The notes beneath the pieces are model-generated. The model was given only the letters and a program-made list of their open reading frames with translations, was not told where the DNA came from and searched no databases. The translations under genes and the position numbers were made by a program. Below are positions 9,239 to 18,206 of a stretch of DNA of 32,000 nucleotides, piece after piece. The stretch covers positions 167-32,166 of the forward strand of contig JAVVGP010000001.1 of assembly GCA_032249055.1 (NCBI GenBank), in the 5' to 3' direction. Source of the stretch: Thermoproteota archaeon (GTDB lineage Archaea; Thermoproteota; Thermoprotei; Gearchaeales; Gearchaeaceae). Numbering within the stretch: position 1 is the stretch's first letter; every line of letters begins with the position of its first letter.

Positions 9239-11832
9239 AAGAATATATCATTAGTGGTATCAAATTTGGAATACTTTCACAAGAACAAATTAGGAAATTG
9301 TCAGTTGTAACTATCACTGTACCTGACACTTATGATGAAGAGTGGACGCCTATATCCTTTGGACTTATGGATAAAAAATTAGGCACATTAGAGCCAGGTC
9401 AAAGTTGCGATACTTGTGGTGGTAAAATAGATCAATGCCCAGGACATTTTGGTAGAATAGATTTAGCAAGACCAGTCATTCATATCGGCTTTATTAAGTA
9501 TATTTTAAATTCCTTACAAGCCACATGTGCTAATTGTAATAGATTGCTATTAGAGGACACAAAAATTGAAAAGTATAAAAAATTACTAGAGAAGTTTAAG
9601 CAAAAGAACCTTACTTTATTAGCAAACTTAGTAATTAATTTAGTAATAAAACGGGCTTCTCAAATTGAAACCTGTCCTCATTGCAAATCTGCTCAGCCTA
9701 AAATAAGATTTGAAAGGCCTTATTATTTTTACGAAGAAAGAGAGAAAATACCTAAACCATTGACACCCTTTGATATATATGAAAGATTAAGGAAAATTAA
9801 TGATGATGAAGCTAGACTATTAGGCTTTGATCCACCTTATTCAAGACCTGAATCAACCATTTTGTTCTCTTTACCTGTTCCTCCAATAATTATTAGACCA
9901 TCAATTACTTTGGAAACAGGTGAAAGATCTGAAGATGATCTTACACATAAGCTTGGAGATATTGTAAGAACAAATGAAAAATTAAAACAAAGTATAGACT
10001 CAGCTTCTCCACAGCTAATAATAGATGAACATTGGAATCTTTTACAATTCCATGTAGCAACATATTTTGATAACGAATTGGCAGGCGCATCGCCATCTAT
10101 TCATAGATCGGGTAGACCATTAAAAACTTTAGCCCAAAGATTAAAGGGTAAAGAGGGAAGATTTAGAGGCCATCTTTCAGGTAAAAGAGTAGACTTTTCT
10201 GCAAGAACCGTTATTTCACCGGATCCATATATAAGTATTGATGAAGTAGGTGTACCATATGAAGTTGCTAAGAGGTTAACAATTCCTGTAAAAGTTACAA
10301 GCTGGAATTTAAAGGAATTGCAAACTTATGTAATAAACGGTCCTGATGTACACCCAGGTGCAAATTATGTTATAACTCCAGAAGGACGTCAAATTGATTT
10401 ACGTTTCGTGAAGGATAGATATCAATTAGCACAACAGCTTACTGTAAATTATATTGTTGAGAGACATTTAAAGGACGGAGATCTTGTTATATTCAATAGA
10501 CAGCCTTCACTTCATAGAATGTCAATGATGGCTCACAAAGTTAAAGTGCTTCCATATAAAACATTTAGAATTCATCCTTTAGTTTGTCCACCTTATAATG
10601 CTGATTTTGATGGTGATGAAATGAACTTATTTGTTCCTCAAGATGAAGAATCAAGGAGTGAATTAGAAGTAATAATGAAGGTAGAAAAGCAAATGGTAAC
10701 ACCTAGATATGGCGGTATGATAATAGGTGCTTTACATGATTATATTACAGCAGCCTACTTATTAACAAGCAGGCAAACAAAATTAAATAAATTCTTAACA
10801 GCCTCAATACTTGCTTATGCGGAATATAAAGGAAAATTAGAAAAAGAAGAATATTCAGGAAAGGAAATATTCGAATTTTTCTTACCAGAGATAAATTATG
10901 AAGGAAAATGTTTAGCAGCTTTTAGTGAGGAGGATAAATATTTGGTTATAAAAAAAGGTAAAATATTGAAAGGTGTTATTGACCATAATGCTATTGGGGA
11001 TCAAAAAGCCAAGACGCTATTACATAAAATATTCTTAAAGTATGGACCTGAGAAAACTAAAGATTTCTTAAATAAATTAGGTTGGGCATTAGTATTTTAC
11101 TTAGACCATTATGGTTTTACAATAGGTCTCGACGAAGAAGATCTGCCTAAAAAAGCATATAAAGAAATAGAAAAAATAATTGATAAGCATGTTGAAAAAG
11201 TTAATGAATATATAGAGCTATACAGGAAAGGAAAATTGGAAAGAGAACCTGGTTCTACTTTGGAAGATACTTTAGAACAAAAAATAATAGACGAATTAAA
11301 TTTAGCTAGAGATGAGGCAGGAAGATTTGCAGAAAAATATTTCTCTAAAGACAACTCTATTTTAATTACTGCTAAAACAGGAGCAAGAGGTAAAATGTTA
11401 AATCTTATTCATATGTCTGTTTGTATCGGGCAACAAACATTAAGGGGTAAAAGAATGTCAAGAGGATATGAAGGAAGAATTTTACCTCATTTCAAAAAAG
11501 GAGATTTAGGAGCTTTTGCAAGAGGTTTTATAAAAAGTAATTATAAAATTGGTCTATCTCCAATAGAATTTTTTATCCATGCAGTTTCTGGCAGAGAAGG
11601 TTTGGTGGATACCGCAGTAAGAACTTCTCAAAGTGGATACATGCAACGAAGATTGATCAATGCATTATTAGATGTTTATGTAGATTATGACGGGACTGTT
11701 AAAGATGCTGAAGGAAATATAATCCAATTTATATATGGAGAAGACGGTATTGATCCTGCCATGAGCGTTTGGCATGATCCAATTGATGTAAGTGATATAG
11801 TAAAAGAAGTTGTGGAAGATGAAACTATCTAA
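9229..11832 (+). CDS. rpoA1: DNA-directed RNA polymerase subunit A' (Rpo1N)
   Basis: 867-aa ORF with [31 protein letters not shown] and [13 protein letters not shown]. Confidence 0.99.
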   Translation: MEIEEYIISGIKFGILSQEQIRKLSVVTITVPDTYDEEWTPISFGLMDKKLGTLEPGQSCDTCGGKIDQCPGHFGRIDLARPVIHIGFIKYILNSLQATCANCNRLLLEDTKIEKYKKLLEKFKQKNLTLLANLVINLVIKRASQIETCPHCKSAQPKIRFERPYYFYEEREKIPKPLTPFDIYERLRKINDDEARLLGFDPPYSRPESTILFSLPVPPIIIRPSITLETGERSEDDLTHKLGDIVRTNEKLKQSIDSASPQLIIDEHWNLLQFHVATYFDNELAGASPSIHRSGRPLKTLAQRLKGKEGRFRGHLSGKRVDFSARTVISPDPYISIDEVGVPYEVAKRLTIPVKVTSWNLKELQTYVINGPDVHPGANYVITPEGRQIDLRFVKDRYQLAQQLTVNYIVERHLKDGDLVIFNRQPSLHRMSMMAHKVKVLPYKTFRIHPLVCPPYNADFDGDEMNLFVPQDEESRSELEVIMKVEKQMVTPRYGGMIIGALHDYITAAYLLTSRQTKLNKFLTASILAYAEYKGKLEKEEYSGKEIFEFFLPEINYEGKCLAAFSEEDKYLVIKKGKILKGVIDHNAIGDQKAKTLLHKIFLKYGPEKTKDFLNKLGWALVFYLDHYGFTIGLDEEDLPKKAYKEIEKIIDKHVEKVNEYIELYRKGKLEREPGSTLEDTLEQKIIDELNLARDEAGRFAEKYFSKDNSILITAKTGARGKMLNLIHMSVCIGQQTLRGKRMSRGYEGRILPHFKKGDLGAFARGFIKSNYKIGLSPIEFFIHAVSGREGLVDTAVRTSQSGYMQRRLINALLDVYVDYDGTVKDAEGNIIQFIYGEDGIDPAMSVWHDPIDVSDIVKEVVEDETI

Positions 11833-13027
11833 ATACTATATTAAAAAATTAAGAAACGAAGGTATTTCTGAGTATGTTATAGAAAAACTTAAAGAGGAAT
11901 TAAAGAAATACAAAAAGCTTAGAAATAAAGTAGTAAGAAGAATAATTAAAAAAGTAATAGAAAGTTATAATAAAGCGCAAATTCATCCTGGAGAAAATAT
12001 AGGTGTCGTAACCGCCCAAAGTATAGGAGAACCAGGTACGCAAATGACTTTACGTACATTTCACTTCGTTGGTGTTAAAGAATTAAATGTAACTTTAGGT
12101 TTGCCTCGTTTAATTGAAATTTTTGATGCAAGAAAGAAACCTTCCACACCTATTATGCGAATTCCTCTAAAAAAGCCTTATTGCCAAAGCTTTGACAAAG
12201 CATATGAAATAGCAAAGAAAATAGAAGAATTATTTGTAGGTGATCTTATAGAAAAATATGACTCAGACATTTTAGAATCAACTATTACACTTTACTTGAA
12301 TCCCAACATATTAAAAGAAAGAAATATTTCTTTTGATATGGTAATTAAAGCTATTAATCAAATTAAGGGCATAGATATCCGTTCATCTAAAAAATCAAAT
12401 ATAATTATAGTCAAAGCTAAAAAACCATTAAACATATCACAATTATATAAATTAAGAGAAAAAATACTAAAAATAAGATTAAAAGGTATACCTAAAATAA
12501 GAAGAACGATGGTCAGAAAAATTATGCATGAAGATGGCACAGAAGAATATATAATAGAAGCAGAAGGTTCAAACTTAAAAGAGATCTTAACTATAGATGA
12601 AGTAGATAAGAGGAGGGTTTATACTAATGATATTTTTGAAGTTTATAATGTATTAGGAATAGAAGCAGCCAGAAATCTAATTATAAAAGAATCAATGAAA
12701 TTACTCGAAGAACAAGGTCTAGATGTAAATGTTAAACACATAATGCTTTTAGCTGATATGATGACAAGAACTGGTAAAATAAGACAAATAGGTAGACATG
12801 GAGTTGTGGGTATTAAGAGTAGCCCACTTGCAAAAGCAGCTTTTGAAATAACTACTAAACATTTATTTGAAGCTGCAGCTCATGGGGATTATGAAAATCT
12901 TAAAGGGATAGCTGAAAACATAATCGTTGGTCAATATATTCCTACAGGTACTTCCATAATAAAAACTTATTTAGATATAGATAAATATCTTAATTTAATA
13001 GGAGTAGAAAAACATGGTGGATCTTGA
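11810..13027 (+). CDS. rpoA2: DNA-directed RNA polymerase subunit A'' (Rpo1C)
   Basis: 405-aa ORF with [25 protein letters not shown] and [23 protein letters not shown]. The true start may be ATG 11819 ([10 protein letters not shown]...). Confidence 0.98.
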   Translation: MWKMKLSKYYIKKLRNEGISEYVIEKLKEELKKYKKLRNKVVRRIIKKVIESYNKAQIHPGENIGVVTAQSIGEPGTQMTLRTFHFVGVKELNVTLGLPRLIEIFDARKKPSTPIMRIPLKKPYCQSFDKAYEIAKKIEELFVGDLIEKYDSDILESTITLYLNPNILKERNISFDMVIKAINQIKGIDIRSSKKSNIIIVKAKKPLNISQLYKLREKILKIRLKGIPKIRRTMVRKIMHEDGTEEYIIEAEGSNLKEILTIDEVDKRRVYTNDIFEVYNVLGIEAARNLIIKESMKLLEEQGLDVNVKHIMLLADMMTRTGKIRQIGRHGVVGIKSSPLAKAAFEITTKHLFEAAAHGDYENLKGIAENIIVGQYIPTGTSIIKTYLDIDKYLNLIGVEKHGGS

Positions 13028-13316
13028 AAAAGAATTAAAGTTATTATTAAAAACAGGAAAATGTAATTATGGTTACAAAGAAGTATTAGAGGCTCTATAT
13101 CATAAAAAAGTGTTAGGAATAATATTAGCTTCTAAAATACCTAAGGAAATATATTCAAAAATTCTTTATTATGCTAAGTTAGCTGAAGTGCCTGTATATA
13201 TTTTTAATGGTAGCAGCATGGAATTGGGTAATTTGTGCGGTAAAAAGTTTCCAATAACTTCAATCGCTATAATTTCTCCTGGTGAATCTAATATTTTAGA
13301 ATTATTTAAGACATAA
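13014..13316 (+). CDS. rpl30e: Ribosomal protein eL30
   Basis: 100-aa ORF with an L7Ae-fold sequence ([29 protein letters not shown]...[18 protein letters not shown]), located between rpoA2 and nusA as is typical. Confidence 0.93.
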   Translation: MVDLEKELKLLLKTGKCNYGYKEVLEALYHKKVLGIILASKIPKEIYSKILYYAKLAEVPVYIFNGSSMELGNLCGKKFPITSIAIISPGESNILELFKT

Positions 13317-13319
13317 AAT

Positions 13320-13757
13320 ATGAAAGAGGGAATCAATTTATCTAACACTGAATTAGAGTTTTTAAATATTTTTGAATTAACAACTTCAGTTAAAGTTAAA
13401 GATTGTATAATTGATGATAATTTTAACAGAGTAATCTTTTTAGTTGAACCGAAGTATGTTGGTCTTGCAATAGGTAAGAATGGAGAAAATGTGCAATTGT
13501 TAAAGAAAATAATTAAAAGGGATGTTGAAATAGTTCCATATTATGAAGATCCTGTAGAATTAATAAAAAGTTGTTTCTCACCTTTTGAAATCAATGATGT
13601 AAAAATTATAACCAATTCCAAAGGAGATAAGTATGCATTAGTTTACGTTAACCCTGAGATCAAAGCTAAAGTAATAGGATATAAAGGAAAAAATGTCGGA
13701 AAAGCCCGAATAATATCAAAAAGATATTTTGAAATAAGTAATGTTATTGTTGTTTAA
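13320..13757 (+). CDS. nusA: Archaeal NusA-like KH-domain transcription factor
   Basis: 145-aa ORF with two KH-type segments (GLAIGKNGENVQLLKKII; VIGYKGKNVGKARIIS) in the conserved syntenic position. Confidence 0.93.
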   Translation: MKEGINLSNTELEFLNIFELTTSVKVKDCIIDDNFNRVIFLVEPKYVGLAIGKNGENVQLLKKIIKRDVEIVPYYEDPVELIKSCFSPFEINDVKIITNSKGDKYALVYVNPEIKAKVIGYKGKNVGKARIISKRYFEISNVIVV

Positions 13758-13790
13758 ATTTAAAAATATTAACCTTATATTATCTTTACT

Positions 13791-14231
13791 ATGGGCAAAA
13801 AATCTCCATTAGGTTTATTTGCTGCAAGGAAATTAAGAAAGAAAAGGCAAAAATTTAGGTGGAGTAAACTAAAATACAAAAGAAGAATGTTAAGGTTAAA
13901 AGAAAAGTATGATCCTTTAGAAGGAGCTCCACAAGCAAGAGGTATAGTTATTGAAAAAGTAGGAATAGAATCAAGACAGCCAAATTCGGCTGTAAGAAAA
14001 TGTGTAAGAGTACAACTTGTAAAAAATGGAAAACAAATAACTGCTTTTGTACCTAAGGATGGAGCTTTGAATATAATTAGTGAACATGATGAGGTTATTG
14101 TAGAGGGTATTGGAGGCCCTCAAGGAAGAGCTTACGGTGACTTACCTGGTGTAAGATGGAAAGTGGTAAAAGTAAATGGTGTTGCGTTAAGCGAAATTTT
14201 AAAGGGTAAAAAACAAAAACCACAAAGATAA
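13791..14231 (+). CDS. rps12: Ribosomal protein uS12
   Basis: 146-aa ORF: [49 protein letters not shown]...[18 protein letters not shown]. Confidence 0.98.
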   Translation: MGKKSPLGLFAARKLRKKRQKFRWSKLKYKRRMLRLKEKYDPLEGAPQARGIVIEKVGIESRQPNSAVRKCVRVQLVKNGKQITAFVPKDGALNIISEHDEVIVEGIGGPQGRAYGDLPGVRWKVVKVNGVALSEILKGKKQKPQR

Positions 14232-14233
14232 AA

Positions 14234-14812
14234 ATGGTATTAGCTCAAAGAGAAATTTTAGTATTTAATAAATGGAGTACTAAGGATGTAAAAGTTAATG
14301 ATATTAGTTTAGTAAGATATATTAATTTGACTGCTTTGCATGCACCTACTACAAGTGGAATATACGCAAATAAAAGATTTGGTAAGTCTAATATGCCTAT
14401 CTATGAAAGGTTAGCAAATCATTTAATGAAAAAAGGTAGAAATCAAGGTAAAAAGCTCAAAGCCTTAAATATTGTCAGAAAAGCTTTTACTATAATTGAA
14501 TTAAAGACAAAAATGAATCCAATACAAGTATTAGTTAATGCAATAGAAAATGCTGCTCCAAGAGAAGCAACAACAAGAATATTGCTTGGAGGTATTGTAT
14601 ACCATGTTGCTGTTGATGTAGCTCCACAAAGAAGAGTAGATTTAGCTTTAAGATGGATTTGTGAAGGAGCACGCTTAGCTTCATTTAATAATCCAAAACC
14701 CATAGAAGAAAGTTTAGCTGATGAAATAATATTAGCTGCAAAAAATAGTCCTGAATCTTATGCTATAAAGAAAAAAGAAGAAGTGGAGAGAATAGCACTA
14801 TCATCGAGATGA
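14234..14812 (+). CDS. rps7: Ribosomal protein uS7
   Basis: 192-aa ORF: [43 protein letters not shown]...[16 protein letters not shown]. Confidence 0.98.
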   Translation: MVLAQREILVFNKWSTKDVKVNDISLVRYINLTALHAPTTSGIYANKRFGKSNMPIYERLANHLMKKGRNQGKKLKALNIVRKAFTIIELKTKMNPIQVLVNAIENAAPREATTRILLGGIVYHVAVDVAPQRRVDLALRWICEGARLASFNNPKPIEESLADEIILAAKNSPESYAIKKKEEVERIALSSR

Positions 14813-14821
14813 TTAAAAATA

Positions 14822-14829
14822 TTTATAAA
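14822..14829 (+). promoter_or_regulatory. Candidate TATA box for the EF-1A/uS10 unit
   Basis: TTTATAAA in the uS7-EF1A intergenic gap, 31-38 nt upstream of ATG 14860. It fits a short-leader archaeal promoter. Confidence 0.5.
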
Positions 14830-14859
14830 TCTGAAAACATAATATTTTTCTAAGTTCCA

Positions 14860-16161
14860 ATGTCAGAAAAGAAACCGCACCTTAATTTAATAGTGGCAGG
14901 ACATGTTGATCATGGTAAAAGTACTACTACAGGTCATCTTTTATATGAACTAGGTGTAGTAGATCCAAAAAAATTAAAAGAAATTGAAGAAGAAGCAAAG
15001 AAAAGAGGAAAAGAGTTTGCAAAATATGCATGGATACTTGATACATATAAAGAGGAAAGAGAAAGGGATATGACAATCGATTTAACTTTCTTAAAATTTG
15101 AGACTAAAAAGTACTTTTTCACAATAATTGACGCACCAGGACACAGAGATTTTGTTAAAAATATGGTTACGGGAGCCTCTCAAGCAGATGCAGCAATATT
15201 GGTTGTTTCAGCTAAAAAAGGAGAATATGAAGCAGGCATAGGAGCTACTGGACAAACAAGGGAGCATGCTTTCTTACTAAGAACAATGGGTGTTAATCAA
15301 TTAGTTGTTGCAATTAATAAAATGGATGATCCTTCAGTAAATTACAGCAAAGAAAGATATGAAGAAGTAAAAAAAGGAGTTTTAGATTTGCTAAAGCAAT
15401 TAGGTTATCCTGTTGATAAAATTAGAGTTGTTCCAATATCTGCTTGGTATGGTGATAATTTAATAGAGAGAAGTAAAAATATGCCATGGTATACAGGTCC
15501 TACTTTGGTTGAAGCTTTAGATGAATTTGTAATTCCTCCAAGACCTGTAGATAAACCTTTAAGAATTCCTATAGAAGCTGTTTATTCAATAACAGGAGTT
15601 GGTACAGTTCCTGTAGGTAAAGTTGAAAGTGGCAGATTAAGAGTTGGAGATACTGTTGTTATCATGCCTTCAGGTAAGAAAGGTGAAGTTAGATCAATAG
15701 AAACTCATCATACACCAATTCAAGAAGCATTGCCTGGTGATAATATAGGCTTTAACGTTAAAGGAATAGCCAAAGAAGAGATAAGAAGAGGAGATGTTGT
15801 AGGTCATCCTAATAATCCTCCTACAGTAGTTAGTTCCTTTATAGCAAGAATTTTTGTAATTTACCACCCAACATCCATTGCAGTAGGTTATACTCCTGTA
15901 ATGCATATTCATACAGCTACGGTAGCTACAAAATTCGAAGAAATACAAAAGAAACTGGATATAAGAACTGGTGCAACAATAGAGGTTAATCCTAAATTTA
16001 TAAAACAAGGAGAAGCTGCAATAGTTAAATTAAGACCTATTAGACCGGTAATTGTTGAAAAATATTCAGAATTTCCAGCATTGGGAAGATTTGCAATACG
16101 TGACATGGGAAGAACAATAGCTGCAGGTGTAGTATTGGATGTTGAGCCAGCAAAAATTTAA
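14860..16161 (+). CDS. tuf: Translation elongation factor 1-alpha (aEF1A)
   Basis: 433-aa ORF: NLIVAGHVDHGKSTTTGHLLYELG, TIIDAPGHRDFVKNMVTGASQADAAILVVSA, NKMDD and domain II/III sequences. Switch I reads RERDMTIDLTF. Confidence 0.98.
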   Translation: MSEKKPHLNLIVAGHVDHGKSTTTGHLLYELGVVDPKKLKEIEEEAKKRGKEFAKYAWILDTYKEERERDMTIDLTFLKFETKKYFFTIIDAPGHRDFVKNMVTGASQADAAILVVSAKKGEYEAGIGATGQTREHAFLLRTMGVNQLVVAINKMDDPSVNYSKERYEEVKKGVLDLLKQLGYPVDKIRVVPISAWYGDNLIERSKNMPWYTGPTLVEALDEFVIPPRPVDKPLRIPIEAVYSITGVGTVPVGKVESGRLRVGDTVVIMPSGKKGEVRSIETHHTPIQEALPGDNIGFNVKGIAKEEIRRGDVVGHPNNPPTVVSSFIARIFVIYHPTSIAVGYTPVMHIHTATVATKFEEIQKKLDIRTGATIEVNPKFIKQGEAAIVKLRPIRPVIVEKYSEFPALGRFAIRDMGRTIAAGVVLDVEPAKI

Positions 16162-16469
16162 TGCCTAGAATAGCAAGAATTTTTTTAACAGCTACAAATG
16201 TGGAAGAATTAGAAAGAGTAGCTAAAGAAATAAAGGAGCTTGCAGATAGCTTAAATGCAAGAGTAGCTGGACCAATACCATTACCAACAAAAAGATTAAG
16301 AGTTGTTACTCGAAAAACCCCTTGTGGAGATGGTACTCATACTTTTGATCGATGGGAATTAAGAATTCATAAAAGAGTGATTGATGTACTTGCAACAGAA
16401 TATATGGTAAGACAATTAGCAAGAATTAAATTGCCTCCTAATGTAAAAATTTCAATAAATATAAGGTAA
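16161..16469 (+). CDS. rps10: Ribosomal protein uS10
   Basis: 102-aa ORF: KIRIFLTATN-like start, GPIPLPTKRLRVVTRKTPCGDGTHTFDRWELRIHKRVIDV. Overlaps the EF1A stop (TAATG). Confidence 0.98.
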   Translation: MPRIARIFLTATNVEELERVAKEIKELADSLNARVAGPIPLPTKRLRVVTRKTPCGDGTHTFDRWELRIHKRVIDVLATEYMVRQLARIKLPPNVKISINIR

Positions 16470-16551
16470 ACTTTAACAGTTTTCAATTTAAATTTTTCGA
16501 ATTTAATTTTTTATTTTCTTATTTATTAATAATATATATGCCGGGAAATTA

Positions 16552-16649
16552 GCCGGGATAAAAAATCCCGAAAGCCTAGTGGACAAGGCGCAGGCCTTGA
16601 GAGCCTGTGGGGATTTTTCCCCGCGTGGGTTCGAATCCCACTCCCGGCG
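16552..16649 (+). tRNA. tRNA-Ser(TGA), predicted to contain a 13-nt intron between positions 8 and 9
   Basis: Acceptor GCCGGGA 16552-16558 pairs with TCCCGGC 16642-16648, discriminator G 16649. D-arm GCC-TAGTGGACAA-GGC 16574-16589. Anticodon arm CAGGC-CTTGAGA-GCCTG with TGA at 16598-16600. Variable arm GGGG-ATTTTT-CCCC. T-arm GTGGG-TTCGAAT-CCCAC. Removing 16560-16572 gives GCCGGGATAGCCTAG with canonical U8 and A9 and an 85-nt mature tRNA. Confidence 0.9.
16560..16572 (+). other. Predicted 13-nt non-canonical archaeal tRNA intron (BHB-type)
   Basis: The 4-bp central helix CGGG (16554-16557)/CCCG (16567-16570) is flanked by 3-nt bulges AT^A (16558-16560) and AA^A (16571-16573). The outer helix has GC/GC (16552-16553 with 16574-16575). 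The inner helix is minimal. Confidence 0.68.
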
Positions 16650-16799
16650 TATAATTAAAATCACATTGATCGTAAAATTAAATAAAATTAGAAGGCTTAC
16701 TTTAAAGATGGATGTTGATATGGATTAATTTGCTTCTGCTTTACTATTTTATAAAAAAGAAAAAATTTTTAAACTAAAATTAAGAAGTTAAAATATTAA

Positions 16800-17195
16800 A
16801 TGGGGGTAAGAGAACAATTAGAGCCCATAAAGTTGTTCGAGATAGGAAAACATGTAATAGCAGATATTAGAGTTGATAAAAATTCTTCTTATTTAACCGA
16901 CATAGATTTAATTAAAGAACTGCTTTACGAAGCAGCGAAAGTGGCAAATATTAAGGTTTTAGATGAGAAATATATAATTTTTGAAAATACAGGCGGTATC
17001 TCAATGATGCTATTTATTGCTGAATCTCATATTTCTATACATACATGGCCTGAATACGGCTATGTAGCTATAGATATATTCACATGCGGAGAAAAGGCAA
17101 AACCTTGGGAAGCATACATGTATATTATCAATAAGCTTAGGCCTAAGTACGTTAATGTAATAGAAATTAAAAGAGGTTTCAATTTTAACGAATAA
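16800..17195 (+). CDS. speH: S-adenosylmethionine decarboxylase proenzyme, archaeal/bacterial class 1
   Basis: 131-aa ORF: GKHVIADI..., LFIAESHISIHTWPEYGYVAIDIFTCG, with the self-cleavage Glu-Ser in AESHISIHTWPE. Confidence 0.97.
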   Translation: MGVREQLEPIKLFEIGKHVIADIRVDKNSSYLTDIDLIKELLYEAAKVANIKVLDEKYIIFENTGGISMMLFIAESHISIHTWPEYGYVAIDIFTCGEKAKPWEAYMYIINKLRPKYVNVIEIKRGFNFNE

Positions 17196-17232
17196 AATTT
17201 TAATTTTTTTGTATTTATTATATATATACTGT

Positions 17233-17322
17233 ATGGGCGGAAGACAAAGAACTTCTATATTCAAAGAGGAAGCAAAATCTGTAGAGGAGAAAAAAGAAGA
17301 AAGAAAGGAAAAGAAGAAATAA
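17233..17322 (+). CDS. 29-aa charged mini-ORF, possible eS25 N-terminal-like peptide
   Basis: ATG 17233 to TAA 17322: MGGRQRTSIFKEEAKSVEEKKEERKEKKK. Preceded by an AT-rich stretch and abuts the downstream gene by 1 nt. No homology test was possible. Confidence 0.35.
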   Translation: MGGRQRTSIFKEEAKSVEEKKEERKEKKK

Positions 17323-17323
17323 A

Positions 17324-18142
17324 TTGAAAAAACCTAAAATAACTGTAGTTTTCCCCACAAACATTTTTTCTGACATTCCCCATCTACGTGAAAAAACTAT
17401 AAGAATAGCTAACTTAGCTAGAACCTTTTTTATTTTTAATGTAGATGAAGTTGTTTTATTTAATTACGAAATTTTTGATAAGGTATTACTTAAATTATTA
17501 AATTTCTTTTCTATTCCTTCCTATCTACGTAAATTTGCATTTAAAATAGATGAAGATTTAAAATATGTAGGAGCAGCTCCTCCGATAAGAGCTAATATTG
17601 AAGAAGATAAAGAAAATAGAATAGGTCTTGTTGTTAAAAATGAAAATGGAATTGCATTTATAAATGCAGGATTAAAACGATTAATAAAAATTAAAGACCC
17701 AAAATTAAAGAAAGGAGAAATTGTTAAACTTTCTTTTCTCAATGGACGTTGGGAATTGGTATATAATGAAGGTAAAAAATATTTTAATTTTACTATTAAA
17801 GTAGTAAATGATCTTATTAATTTTTTAAAATCTGAAAAACCAAATTCTTTTATAATTGCAACCTCTAAAGAATTATTCTCTCCTAAATGCAAAATTTTAA
17901 ACTTAGAAAACTTATTAACTTTGCAAAAACTTATAAAAGACAAGCAAAAACTGATTTTTTTATTTGGTTCACCCAAAGAAGGATTATATGAGATATTTCT
18001 TAAACTTAATTATAATTTAGATGATTTAGCTGATATCATTTTAAATGTTTTCCCAAATCAAGGAGTAATTACAATAAGAACAGATGAAGCTATTTTTGGG
18101 ACATTAAGCATCTTTAATATAATTAACAGTTCTCTGTTTTGA
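17324..18142 (+). CDS. COG2106-type SPOUT superfamily RNA methyltransferase-like protein (C9orf114/Sfm-like), upstream of uL3
   Basis: 272-aa ORF (TTG start): ITVVFPTNIFSDIPHLREKTIRIANLARTFFIFNVDEVVLF, YVGAAPPIRANI and LIFLFGSPKEGLYEIF. Conserved position before rpl3 in archaea. Confidence 0.8.
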   Translation: MKKPKITVVFPTNIFSDIPHLREKTIRIANLARTFFIFNVDEVVLFNYEIFDKVLLKLLNFFSIPSYLRKFAFKIDEDLKYVGAAPPIRANIEEDKENRIGLVVKNENGIAFINAGLKRLIKIKDPKLKKGEIVKLSFLNGRWELVYNEGKKYFNFTIKVVNDLINFLKSEKPNSFIIATSKELFSPKCKILNLENLLTLQKLIKDKQKLIFLFGSPKEGLYEIFLKLNYNLDDLADIILNVFPNQGVITIRTDEAIFGTLSIFNIINSSLF

Positions 18143-18206
18143 ATTTTTTAATAAAGGCAAAATTTATTAATACCTTATAATACTATTTTTGTTATTCAAT
18201 TTAAAA

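Noticed and set aside
11109-11354. 81-aa minus-strand ORF inside rpoA1
   Set aside because: Fully antisense to a well-conserved RNA polymerase coding region; composition follows the reverse complement of rpoA1 and no family resemblance.
12358-12540. 60-aa minus-strand ORF inside rpoA2
   Set aside because: Antisense shadow ORF within a confident gene.
14443-14703. 86-aa minus-strand ORF inside rps7
   Set aside because: Antisense shadow ORF; rps7 is clear on the plus strand.
15694-16106. Two overlapping minus-strand ORFs (104 and 65 aa) inside EF-1A
   Set aside because: Antisense to conserved EF-1A domains II/III; Cys/Tyr-rich low-complexity translation typical of spurious frames.
16609-16622. 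GGGGATTTTTCCCC as a terminator hairpin
   Set aside because: It is the variable arm of the class II tRNA-Ser.
16540-16649. Using the upstream GCCGGGA (16540) as the tRNA-Ser 5' end with a 25-nt intron
   Set aside because: It would leave A rather than U at position 8, and the nearby TATA-like spacing fits 16552 better. Kept only as an alternative.
17010-17264. 84-aa minus-strand ORF over speH
   Set aside because: Antisense to the conserved ESHISIHTWPE coding region; no independent support.
17521-17976. 151-aa minus-strand ORF inside the COG2106 gene
   Set aside because: Long but antisense to a protein with recognisable SPOUT motifs; length explained by AT-rich codon usage lacking reverse stops.
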